Source of the DNA: Candidatus Roizmanbacteria bacterium CG_4_9_14_0_2_um_filter_38_17 | GTDB lineage: Bacteria; Patescibacteriota; Microgenomatia; GCA-00278855 | Reading direction: 5' to 3' | Length of the DNA stretch: 64,000 nt | NCBI GenBank assembly: GCA_002788855.1 | Contig: PFSB01000006.1 | Coordinates: 99,292 to 163,291, forward strand | Shown here: piece after piece, positions 48,384 to 57,326 of the stretch | How the letters are laid out: each line of letters opens with the position of its first letter | Position numbering within the stretch: position 1 is the first letter of the stretch | Position numbers and translations under genes: made by a program | The notes under the pieces: model-generated | The model's database searches: none | The model's input: only the letters and a program-made list of their open reading frames with translations | What the model was told of the DNA's origin: nothing

Positions 48384-48480
48384 TTGTCAATAAAATGTTG
48401 ACAAAAACTGTTGACATTGCATATGTGCCGAACTATGCTTGGTCTTTGTTATTAATTGTCAATATATTAACTGACTGACT
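48384..48480. promoter_or_regulatory. Divergent trmB-like/glmS control region with inverted repeat TTGTCAA-N7-TTGACAA and glmS promoter TTGACA-17-TATGCT
   Basis: TTGTCAA 48384..48390, TTGACAA 48398..48404, TTGACA 48411..48416, TATGCT 48434..48439, extra TTGTCAA 48456..48462. Confidence 0.45.
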
Positions 48481-50250
48481 ATGTGTGGGATATTTGGATA
48501 TACTGGAAAAAATAATAATGCAGCGGATATAGTCCTTGAGGGGCTTAAAAAACTTGAGTATCGTGGATATGATAGCTGGGGTGTGGCAGTCCCGGGTCCT
48601 AGCGATGTAATCTCTGTAAGAAAAAAAATAGGTAAGATTGGTAATGCTACGATTGGCAACTTACCAGATGCATCTACCGGAATTGGACATACACGCTGGG
48701 CGACTCATGGTGGGGTAACAGAAAAGAATGCTCATCCGCATTTATCCTGTGATAAAAAAATTGCAGTAATTCATAATGGCATCATTGAAAATTACGATAA
48801 GCTACGTAGTAAGCTACAGAGCCAAAATCATGTATTTGTATCTGATACAGACTCTGAGGTAGCAGTACATCTGATAGAAGAATACAGGATGACTAATGCA
48901 TTATTAGAAGCTGTACGGAAGGCTTTTTTGGATTTTAGTGGACTAAATGCTGTAATTGCTCTGGAGGTTGGTGAAGAAGGTTTTGTGGCTATTAAAAATG
49001 GTTCACCCGTAGTAGTTGGGTTCGGTCAGGACGGAAACTATTTAGCTAGCGATGCAGTGGCGCTTAGTGCTCATACTAGAACAGTTTATTACCTTAAGGA
49101 TAATGAACTTGTGCATGTAGGCAAAAAAGAGGTACTGCTGTTTAATGCAGAAACTGGCAAGCAAAAGGGTTTTAAGAAGATAAAATTAGATTGGAGTGTA
49201 GAAGCTGCTGATTTAGGAAAGTACAAATACTTTATGCTTAAAGAGATAAATGAGCAACCAGATATTATTTCTCGTATTCTTAAAGAAGATATTGAGCAGG
49301 CAATACAGTTAGCTAAAGTGATTAAAAAATCATATGGTACTTATTTAGTTGGGTGTGGTACTGCTGCATATGCCTGTCTAGCTGGTTCTTATCTGTTTTC
49401 AAAAATAGCTAAAAGACATGTGAACTGGGCAGTAGGGAGTGAATTTGGCTACCAATTAGATTTTCTAACAGATAAAAGCTTCGTATTGGCTTTATCCCAA
49501 TCCGGAGAGACGATGGATATCCTTGAAGCAGTAAAAAAAGCTAAAACAAGAAATGCAAAAATTGGTGCTCTGGTTAATGTAATGGGGTCTACTCTTTACA
49601 GAGAGGCTGACCATAAAATGTTAATAGGGGCTGGCCCTGAAAAAGGAGTAGCCTCAACGAAAGTATTTGTTTCCAAGCTTGCTCATCTTGTGTTGCTTTC
49701 ATATATACTGGAGGGTAAAAACTTGGAAGGAACAGCAGTTCTTAAAAAAGCAGAAGTATCTGCGAGGGATGTTTTGAATGAAAGCACTACAAGAAAAATT
49801 AAAAAGTTAGCAAACAAATTGTATAAAAAAGATCATATGTATATAGTTGGCAGGGGTTTATCATACCCAGCGAGTTTGGAAGCAGCACTAAAGATAAAGG
49901 AAATTTCATATATCCATGCGGAGGGATTTGCCGCCGGGGAGCTAAAACATGGGGTCATAGCATTAATCGAAAAAGGAACACCTTGTATGGTATATGCCCC
50001 GAATGATGAAACATATGGCGCAAATCTTGCAGGCGCAATGGAGATGAAAGCGCGTGGTGGTTATATTATTGGAGTGTCACATAAGGATCATGAAGTATTT
50101 GATTATTATATTGAGGTAAAAGACGCAGCTGAGGCAACCATTATTCCTAATGTGATGGTTGCGCAGTTGCTCTCGTATTATTTAGCAGTTAAGCTAGGAC
50201 TTGATCCAGATAAACCTCGTAACCTAGCTAAATCTGTTACGGTTAAATAA
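48481..50250 (+). CDS. glmS: Glutamine--fructose-6-phosphate aminotransferase GlmS
   Basis: MCGIFGY N-terminal Ntn-amidotransferase start, two SIS domains, C-terminal ...KSVTVK. Confidence 0.95.
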   Translation: MCGIFGYTGKNNNAADIVLEGLKKLEYRGYDSWGVAVPGPSDVISVRKKIGKIGNATIGNLPDASTGIGHTRWATHGGVTEKNAHPHLSCDKKIAVIHNGIIENYDKLRSKLQSQNHVFVSDTDSEVAVHLIEEYRMTNALLEAVRKAFLDFSGLNAVIALEVGEEGFVAIKNGSPVVVGFGQDGNYLASDAVALSAHTRTVYYLKDNELVHVGKKEVLLFNAETGKQKGFKKIKLDWSVEAADLGKYKYFMLKEINEQPDIISRILKEDIEQAIQLAKVIKKSYGTYLVGCGTAAYACLAGSYLFSKIAKRHVNWAVGSEFGYQLDFLTDKSFVLALSQSGETMDILEAVKKAKTRNAKIGALVNVMGSTLYREADHKMLIGAGPEKGVASTKVFVSKLAHLVLLSYILEGKNLEGTAVLKKAEVSARDVLNESTTRKIKKLANKLYKKDHMYIVGRGLSYPASLEAALKIKEISYIHAEGFAAGELKHGVIALIEKGTPCMVYAPNDETYGANLAGAMEMKARGGYIIGVSHKDHEVFDYYIEVKDAAEATIIPNVMVAQLLSYYLAVKLGLDPDKPRNLAKSVTVK

Positions 50251-50269
50251 TAAGGTATACTTAAATATT

Positions 50270-51244
50270 ATGGCGAAGAAGATCGTTGTTATTGGTGGAG
50301 GAACGGGCACTTATGTGGCCTTAACGGGGTTGCGTGAATATGATGTGTCACTAACTGCAGTGGTAACAATGATGGACTCTGGTGGGAGTACTGGGCGTCT
50401 CCGTGATCAACTTGGGGTACTACCTCCTGGGGATATTCGCCAAGCTCTCGTGGCTTTATCAGAATCCGATGAAGTTTGGCGAAAACTGTTTACTTACCGT
50501 TTTGATAATGGAGACCTAAGTGGTCATAACTTTGGCAACTTGTTTATTTCAGCTCTTGAGAAAATGACCGGTGACTTTTCTGAAGCATTAAAATTGGCTT
50601 CAGAGCTTTTGCAAATTAAAGGCCAAGTACTTCCTGTTACCTATTCAAAATCTGATCTCTGTGTGGAGTTAGAAGATGGGCAAGTGATTGAAGGAGAAAC
50701 ATATATTGATGAACTAGAGTCAAATAAAAAGAGATCTAAAATTAAAAGAGCGTATCTTAAACCAACTGCTCCAATTAATGAGGCTGTAGTGGCAGCGATT
50801 CAGGAAGCAGATCTAGTTCTAATTGGTCCGGGTGATCTTTACACAAGTTTATTAGTTAATTTATTAGTTGATGGCGTGGTTGATGCTTTATCATCAACTA
50901 AGGCAAAAGTTGTGTATGCCTTAAATCTAATGACAAAATATGGTCAGACAACAAGTTACACTGGGCAAGATCACGTGTCAGATCTTGAGCAATACCTTGG
51001 TAAAGGCGTATTGGACTATGTATTAGTTAATAATGCTAGGCCCGACGATGACACATTGAAGATATACGAAAAGGAGCAAGAAATTCTTAACGTTGATAAT
51101 CTAAAAGAGAATGGATATAGAATTGTGCATGCAGATATGTTGGCGGATGAGAAGATTCAGAAACCAGCAGCTGATAAACTAAAGAGAAGTTTAATTCGGC
51201 ACGATCCTGACAAACTTGCCAAGGTAATAATGTCTTTAGGCTAA
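50270..51244 (+). CDS. YvcK/CofD-like gluconeogenesis-factor family protein (UDP-sugar binding, cell-wall homeostasis)
   Basis: KIVVIGGGTGTYVALTGL...AVVTMMDSGGSTGRLRD signature of UPF0052/YvcK. Confidence 0.8.
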   Translation: MAKKIVVIGGGTGTYVALTGLREYDVSLTAVVTMMDSGGSTGRLRDQLGVLPPGDIRQALVALSESDEVWRKLFTYRFDNGDLSGHNFGNLFISALEKMTGDFSEALKLASELLQIKGQVLPVTYSKSDLCVELEDGQVIEGETYIDELESNKKRSKIKRAYLKPTAPINEAVVAAIQEADLVLIGPGDLYTSLLVNLLVDGVVDALSSTKAKVVYALNLMTKYGQTTSYTGQDHVSDLEQYLGKGVLDYVLVNNARPDDDTLKIYEKEQEILNVDNLKENGYRIVHADMLADEKIQKPAADKLKRSLIRHDPDKLAKVIMSLG

Positions 51245-51292
51245 TTAATGCTTAAATATAGCCATTTCTTGTTATAATCAGGCTATAAGATT

Positions 51293-52009
51293 ATGAACAA
51301 GGGCAAAACTATTGTAATACTACATGGCTGGAAACTTAGCTCCCAGAGATATAATCCACTAGTCAAAGAACTTAGGAAGCTTGGGTATAGAGTATATATT
51401 CCGGATATGCCAGGTAATGGGGTTGCGAAGTTACCTAAGAATCCATTTACACTTGATGACTATGTTGAGTACGTATTAGGGTATTTGTCTACGAATAAAC
51501 TACGAAGATTTACTTTAATTGGTCATTCTTTCGGAGGAAGAGTGGGGATCAAATTAGTTGCTAAAAACCCCGAGCTTATAAATAAGCTGGTCCTAACTGG
51601 TACTCCAGGTGTGATCCCTGTGTCATCAACTAAAATTAAGATGTTTTTGGTGTTAGCGAAAATTGGTAATATGATTTTTAACTTACCTGTCCTAGAGTTA
51701 TTCAAGGACAGTGCAAGAAGAGGCTTATATAGACTAGCGAAATCCAGTGATTACTACCATACAGATGGAGTTATGAGACAAACTTTTAAAAATATTATTA
51801 GAGCTGATCTAGTAAAATCTATGTCAAAATTAAAGCTTCCAGTTACTCTCGTCTGGGGTGAGCATGATGAGGCAGTTCCTGTAAATGTAGCTAAAGTGAT
51901 GCAAAAAATGATTAAGGGATCAAAACTTGTGGTGATACCCGGATCTAGTCACGATGTTATCTGGGCAAACCCGCTTAGGTTTATTGATGCGTTTAATACT
52001 GATAAATAA
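51293..52009 (+). CDS. Alpha/beta-hydrolase fold protein
   Basis: GHSFGG nucleophile elbow, 238 aa. Confidence 0.65.
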   Translation: MNKGKTIVILHGWKLSSQRYNPLVKELRKLGYRVYIPDMPGNGVAKLPKNPFTLDDYVEYVLGYLSTNKLRRFTLIGHSFGGRVGIKLVAKNPELINKLVLTGTPGVIPVSSTKIKMFLVLAKIGNMIFNLPVLELFKDSARRGLYRLAKSSDYYHTDGVMRQTFKNIIRADLVKSMSKLKLPVTLVWGEHDEAVPVNVAKVMQKMIKGSKLVVIPGSSHDVIWANPLRFIDAFNTDK

Positions 52010-53616
52010 TGATAAATATATTGTCATATATTGTTCTAGCAGCATTTGTAATTCGTACTATACGAAATACTCTTTACCACATATTTTTGTGGCAAAACAA
52101 TGAATATCGTCTAGACATGCTTAAGGTTTATCTAAAGACGAGTGTTGGCAAAAGAATTGTTTTTGGTCCCATGGCAAAGATTAAATTTGTTTTATTAGCT
52201 CTATTTATCTTTGCTTTAATAGGGGAGTTTAATATTATAGCTAGCTTGGCTATCTGGAGTTTTGGGGTTTTATTTATTGTGGAAGCATGGCGAAATCTAG
52301 GCGAGTTTATGTCAGGTTCTTTGCCTCTTCCTAAGTTTACAGTCAAAGTTGTGCTGATCATATTAATAACATTACTTTTTCAGTTTATTCTGATATTGTC
52401 CTCATCTCCACGTTTTGCTTTAGATCTTATGCCATTTATGGATAAGCTGCTTGCTGTATCCGTTGCTGCGCAGATTGGGTTACTAAGCATCCCAACTCGA
52501 ATTAGGGATGCATTGTTGGAGTATTTTGCCATGGAGAAAATGGTTAGATTTAAAAGAATTCGCGTAGTGGGAATTACCGGAAGTTATGGAAAATCTACAA
52601 CTAAGGAGTTTTTGTACCAGTTGGTTAAAGATGAGTTCAATGTAGTTAAAACTTCTAAGAATATAAACAAGCCAGTGGGTATTGCAAAGCTTATTTTGCA
52701 AGAAGTCAGTGACAAAACTGAGCTACTTATAGTTGAAGCAGCGGCTGACAAACACCATGGTCGGAACCAGGTGGTGCGTATTACAAATATGTTAGCAGAT
52801 AAGCTGAGTGTGGCTGTGATAACAGGAGTAAATCAGCAACATCTAGCGCTGTTTAAATCTAGACAGGAAATAATTCAAACAAAATATAGTTTGGTGACAG
52901 GTCTTAATGATGAGGGCGTTGCGGTTCTTAAGGTAGATAGTCGTTCTATGCGGAGGCTTGCAAAAAAAGCCAAAAAAGACAGTTTAAAAACGGTGTTATG
53001 CGGAACGGATAAACGCCTCTATGCCTATGGGGACAAAATTGTGCTATCTAGTTCTGGGTCTAAATTTGAATTAGTTATCGGAAAGAATAGAGCTAAATTA
53101 AATACAGATCTTCTAGGGTTAGCAAACGTGGAAGGCATTGTTGTAGCGGCAACAGTGGCTATGCAGCTAGGTGTTTCGTGGAATAGGATAAAGACTAAGA
53201 TAAAAAAACTTACTCCGCCACTTAATTCTCTTAATGTAGTTAAAAAACGTGGCTTAGTATTGATTGACGATACCTACAGCGCAAATCCTGATGGTGTAAT
53301 TGCAGCTTTAGACTTTTTATCACTCTATTCTGATACCAAAATATTAGTGCTTAATCCATTAGCTGAACTTGGAGAGGATTCCGTTTTAGTACATAAGAAC
53401 ATAGTCAAGTATGCGGCAAAAATTTGTGATGCCATCATCTTAACAAATGGTAATAACTACGAAGCTGTTATGAAAGCTGTAAAAGAAGATGTTGTTGTAG
53501 TGGTAAAGAATAAGAATCAAGTGAAAGATTACATAAAGAACAACTTTAAAGGTAAAAAGGTTATATTATTTGAAGGAAGGGAGACCGCGGGTGCTTTGAG
53601 CACTTACAAAAGTTAA
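52009..53616 (+). CDS. murF: MurF-like UDP-MurNAc-tripeptide--D-Ala-D-Ala ligase with polytopic N-terminal membrane domain replacing canonical domain 1
   Basis: About 5 TM helices in first 170 aa, then VVGITGSYGKSTTKEF P-loop, NINKPVGIAKLIL and VNQQHLALFKSRQEIIQTKYSL matching MurF central-domain motifs. Confidence 0.65.
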   Translation: MINILSYIVLAAFVIRTIRNTLYHIFLWQNNEYRLDMLKVYLKTSVGKRIVFGPMAKIKFVLLALFIFALIGEFNIIASLAIWSFGVLFIVEAWRNLGEFMSGSLPLPKFTVKVVLIILITLLFQFILILSSSPRFALDLMPFMDKLLAVSVAAQIGLLSIPTRIRDALLEYFAMEKMVRFKRIRVVGITGSYGKSTTKEFLYQLVKDEFNVVKTSKNINKPVGIAKLILQEVSDKTELLIVEAAADKHHGRNQVVRITNMLADKLSVAVITGVNQQHLALFKSRQEIIQTKYSLVTGLNDEGVAVLKVDSRSMRRLAKKAKKDSLKTVLCGTDKRLYAYGDKIVLSSSGSKFELVIGKNRAKLNTDLLGLANVEGIVVAATVAMQLGVSWNRIKTKIKKLTPPLNSLNVVKKRGLVLIDDTYSANPDGVIAALDFLSLYSDTKILVLNPLAELGEDSVLVHKNIVKYAAKICDAIILTNGNNYEAVMKAVKEDVVVVVKNKNQVKDYIKNNFKGKKVILFEGRETAGALSTYKS

Positions 53617-53618
53617 GT

Positions 53619-54815
53619 ATGTTAAAAGTAATATCTTCAGGACTTTCTCCAAATACGAAAGCGACAGATGTCATAATTGCTCTGGAGGCATTAATATTAA
53701 AACGGCACTGGAAAGATCCTTTGCAGTTGCATATTCTAAAAAAATGGTTTGCAAGTCGGTATAACTCTGATCAAGTCTATTTATTTAATTCTGGGCGGTC
53801 TGCGTTGTATTTTCTGCTTAAAGCGGCGGGTGTAACAAAACAAGACGAGGTTATAGTGCAGGCTTTTACATGTATTGGAGCTATTAACCCAATTATCTGG
53901 ATTGGAGCAAAACCTGTTTATATAGATATAGATCCACAAACATATAATCTTGACCCTGACTTACTGGAGTCATCAATTACTTCTAAAACTAAAGTTGTAA
54001 TTGTTCAACATACCTTTGGAATACCTGCTGCTATTTCTAAAATTAAGAAAATATGTCAAGAGCATAAAATTATTCTAATTGAAGACTGTGCGGTAAGTAT
54101 TGGCGCATTTGTGGGTAAAAAAGAAGTAGGTACATATGGTGATGCGGCTTTTTTTAGTTTTGGAAGAGATAAGATAGTTTCTAGTGTTAGTGGTGGTGCC
54201 GCAATAATTAATAATCTTAAACATTTTGCCAATCTAGATGAGTTATATAGAGAGATACTAGAGCCTTCCTCTAACTGGGTATATCAGCAGTTATTGCACC
54301 CTGTTGCTATGGCTGTAATTCTTCCTCTGTATTTGATTCAAGTAGGAAAGATATTATTAGTTTTATTGCAGAAAATTAAACTTATTTCTAAACCATATGA
54401 AGAATTGGAATATTCTGGAGGTAAACCAGAAAGTTATCCTCGAAGGTATTCTCCAGCTTTAGTTCCGCTAATTATGCATCAGCTTAGACAGCTAGATGCG
54501 ATGGATGCAAGACGGGTCTTTAATGCCAGTTACTATGGAGAAAATTTAATAAAAGGAGCTGTATATTTGCGCTATCCAGTATTGGTAAAAAATAGAGAAC
54601 AGATATTAAATAAAGCTCAAAGGGCAGGAATTTATCTTGGTACATGGTATGATAGTGTGATTAATCCAGCTGGTGTAACTTTGAGTAATTTTAAATACAA
54701 AAAAGGTAGTTGCCCAGTGGCAGAAGATATTGCAGGACGAATACTAAATTTACCAACATACGCGCGTTTGACTGTTAGGGAAATAAAGAAAGTTAGAGAT
54801 ATTGTGAATGACTAA
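53619..54815 (+). CDS. DegT/DnrJ/EryC1/StrS-family PLP-dependent sugar aminotransferase
   Basis: EDCAVSIGAFVGKKEVGTYGDAAFFSFGRDKIVS (D-x-A-x-A-x-G ... SF-x-x-x-K Lys motif). Confidence 0.65.
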   Translation: MLKVISSGLSPNTKATDVIIALEALILKRHWKDPLQLHILKKWFASRYNSDQVYLFNSGRSALYFLLKAAGVTKQDEVIVQAFTCIGAINPIIWIGAKPVYIDIDPQTYNLDPDLLESSITSKTKVVIVQHTFGIPAAISKIKKICQEHKIILIEDCAVSIGAFVGKKEVGTYGDAAFFSFGRDKIVSSVSGGAAIINNLKHFANLDELYREILEPSSNWVYQQLLHPVAMAVILPLYLIQVGKILLVLLQKIKLISKPYEELEYSGGKPESYPRRYSPALVPLIMHQLRQLDAMDARRVFNASYYGENLIKGAVYLRYPVLVKNREQILNKAQRAGIYLGTWYDSVINPAGVTLSNFKYKKGSCPVAEDIAGRILNLPTYARLTVREIKKVRDIVND

Positions 54816-55881
54816 TCTCCACATAAAACCAGTTACTAGTAACAAAACCTGGAACAACTTCATAAGCTCAGTTGCTGCTCGCTCTTTTTTTCAGTCCTGG
54901 GAGTGGGGAGAAGTGAGTAAGCTCAATGGTCAGACAATAGATAGACTCGGCATCTATGAAAAAGACAGGTTGGTTGGTGTTTTTCAGATAACACTTGTTC
55001 AAGCTAAGCGTGGTAACTATATTATGTTAAGACATGGTCCAGTGCTTAGTAGTTGGAACAGTAGATATCTAGTAGTATTGATAGATTTTTTAAAAAAAAT
55101 CTACAAAGATAATTATTCTTTTATAAGAATAAGTCCATTAATAGACCGTGTATATAGTACTTTGTTGAAGAAAGTTGGATTCAGACTAGCGCCTGTGCAC
55201 GACAATATTGATGCGCAGATATGCTACGAGGTGAATCTCAAACCTGAGCTGGAAGTAATCTTGGCGGGCATGCGCAAAAATACTAGAGGATCGATTAAAA
55301 AAACAGCTTCAAACGAAAACCTTACGATAGGGTATGAAATTTCAGCTAAATCTATTAAGGAATTTAGTCAACTATACCGTCAAACGGCTCGTAAAAAAGG
55401 TTTTGTGGAATGGAGTGGGATAAAAACAGAAGTTAGTGAGTTTGATAAGAACAAAGCTGTGGATCTTATCATTGTCTACTTGAATAAAGAGCCGGTTGCG
55501 GGAGCAGTGATTAATTACTGGGGTAATCAGGGTATTTATCATTATGCTGCTGCAAATTATGATGGCTTAAAAACTCAAGCGCAATATTTAGTGATTTACG
55601 AGGCAATAAAACGTTGCAAAATGCGTGGGTTGGAATATTTTAATTTCTGGGGTGGAATTGAAGACATCAGTGATGTTGGGCACCCATGGTTTGGGTTAAC
55701 AGTTTTTAAACGTGGATTCGGGTCAAAGCAGAAAGTTTATCTACAGACATATGATTATATGCTTTCTCATGGGTACTGGAAAACATATCTATATGAGCAA
55801 GTTGTTGAGCATTTACGAGGATACAAAACAATTGGTACTTGGCGTAGTCCAACTTTCTTACGACGACTATTTGGTGTATGA
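54808..55881 (+). CDS. FemAB-family peptidyltransferase (peptidoglycan branch/interpeptide formation)
   Basis: FFQSWEWGEVSKLNGQ N-terminal FemAB signature, 357 aa, two GNAT-like halves. Confidence 0.55.
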   Translation: MTNLHIKPVTSNKTWNNFISSVAARSFFQSWEWGEVSKLNGQTIDRLGIYEKDRLVGVFQITLVQAKRGNYIMLRHGPVLSSWNSRYLVVLIDFLKKIYKDNYSFIRISPLIDRVYSTLLKKVGFRLAPVHDNIDAQICYEVNLKPELEVILAGMRKNTRGSIKKTASNENLTIGYEISAKSIKEFSQLYRQTARKKGFVEWSGIKTEVSEFDKNKAVDLIIVYLNKEPVAGAVINYWGNQGIYHYAAANYDGLKTQAQYLVIYEAIKRCKMRGLEYFNFWGGIEDISDVGHPWFGLTVFKRGFGSKQKVYLQTYDYMLSHGYWKTYLYEQVVEHLRGYKTIGTWRSPTFLRRLFGV

Positions 55882-55894
55882 TGAAATTATAGAG

Positions 55895-56239
55895 ATGAAA
55901 TTTGTAAAATCAGTAACCCATGCAATTGAAGGCTTAGGGTACGTGCTTAGAGAGCATGCAAACTTTCGTATTCATATAGCATTAGCTTTTGTCGCGATAG
56001 TTTTAGGAATAAGCTTAAAATTGTCTAATCTCGAACTGTCCATACTTGTAATAACTATTACGCTAGTATTAATGGCAGAGATTCTGAATACTGCGGTTGA
56101 AGAGCTGTCGGACTTAATTACCCTGCGCTGGAGTAAACATGCTAAAGTTGCAAAGGATGTCTCTGCTGGCATGGTATTTTTAACTTCAATTTGCGCGGCA
56201 ATTGTGGGGTGGTTGCTTTTTATTCCTAAACTTAATTAA
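55895..56239 (+). CDS. dgkA: Diacylglycerol/undecaprenol kinase DgkA family
   Basis: MKFVKSVTHAIEGLGYVLREHANFRIHIA...EILNTAVEELSD (E-x-x-N-T-A-V/I-E motif), 3 TM; track ORF 55712 is an upstream over-extension overlapping femAB gene. Confidence 0.7.
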   Translation: MKFVKSVTHAIEGLGYVLREHANFRIHIALAFVAIVLGISLKLSNLELSILVITITLVLMAEILNTAVEELSDLITLRWSKHAKVAKDVSAGMVFLTSICAAIVGWLLFIPKLN

Positions 56240-56242
56240 TAT

Positions 56243-57277
56243 ATGGCATTATTCTTAGGTATATTTCTAGTTTCTTTTTGCATTAATGCATTATTGTTTG
56301 TCCCATTCATTAATCTTCTATATAAAATTCAGATGCAGCGGCAAAAACAAGATACGCTGGATACTTTTGGTAAATTAACGCCAATATTTAATCGTTTACA
56401 CAAAATGAAAGTGGGTACTCCAGTTGGCGGTGGGCTTTTACTCATAATAACAACCTGCATTTTAACTCTGGTGATTTTGTCTAGCTTGAAACTATTCTGG
56501 GTACCTATAGTTTCTGACTATCCACTCATATCTGAGCTTAAAGTAATTTTTTTTACATTTGTCATGTTTGGGCTCTTAGGTCTTTATGATGACATAAAAA
56601 AGATGTTTAAGTTCTTAGCGGATACTTTTTTTGGTCTTAGGTTTAGGCACAAGATTCTATTGCAAATTATTCTTGCTGCAATTATTTCATATTGGCTTTA
56701 CCAGAATCTTTCAATATCTATTATTAATATTCCCTTAATTGGGGTAATAGACCTAGGCTGGATATATATTCCGTTTGCAACACTAGTTATTGTGGCTTTC
56801 ACCAATGCATATAATATTACCGATGGTCTAGACGGGCTTGCAGGAGGGCTGTTATTTATTGCACTTATTATTTTCTGGGTTATATCTGCTTCAGTTTTAG
56901 ATACTCCTTTGGAAATTTTTATTGCCGTCTGGGTAGGGGGATTGGTAGCTTTCTTGTATTTTAATGTATTTCCAGCTAGGATCTGGATGGGTGATGTGGG
57001 TTCAATGGCTTTTGGAGCAACATTAGCTGTAATTGGCTTATTATTAGGTAAGTTAGTAGCCCTGGTAATAATTGGTTTAATATTTGTTCTAGAAGTAAGC
57101 TCCAGCTTAGCTCAGATGTTATCTAAATATTTTCGTGGAAAGAAATTATTCGAAGTAGCTCCATTTCATTTATTGCTTCAAAATAAAGGATGGGCAGAGC
57201 CTAAAATTGTTATGCGTGCTTGGTTGGTCCAAATTATGCTGGGAGTGTTCGGCCTCTGGCTCTCCTTCTTTACTTAA
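56243..57277 (+). CDS. mraY: Phospho-N-acetylmuramoyl-pentapeptide transferase MraY
   Basis: NAYNITDGLDGLAGG motif, polytopic 344 aa. Confidence 0.9.
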   Translation: MALFLGIFLVSFCINALLFVPFINLLYKIQMQRQKQDTLDTFGKLTPIFNRLHKMKVGTPVGGGLLLIITTCILTLVILSSLKLFWVPIVSDYPLISELKVIFFTFVMFGLLGLYDDIKKMFKFLADTFFGLRFRHKILLQIILAAIISYWLYQNLSISIINIPLIGVIDLGWIYIPFATLVIVAFTNAYNITDGLDGLAGGLLFIALIIFWVISASVLDTPLEIFIAVWVGGLVAFLYFNVFPARIWMGDVGSMAFGATLAVIGLLLGKLVALVIIGLIFVLEVSSSLAQMLSKYFRGKKLFEVAPFHLLLQNKGWAEPKIVMRAWLVQIMLGVFGLWLSFFT

Positions 57278-57326
57278 GTTTTAATATTTTATTGATTCAC
57301 CCTATTTTGATATATACTCTAAGCTC

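Noticed and set aside
48384-48480. glmS ribozyme/riboswitch upstream of glmS
   Set aside because: Only about 35 nt separate the predicted -10 from the glmS start codon. That is far too short for the roughly 150-nt ribozyme. A divergent TrmB-like regulator is present instead.
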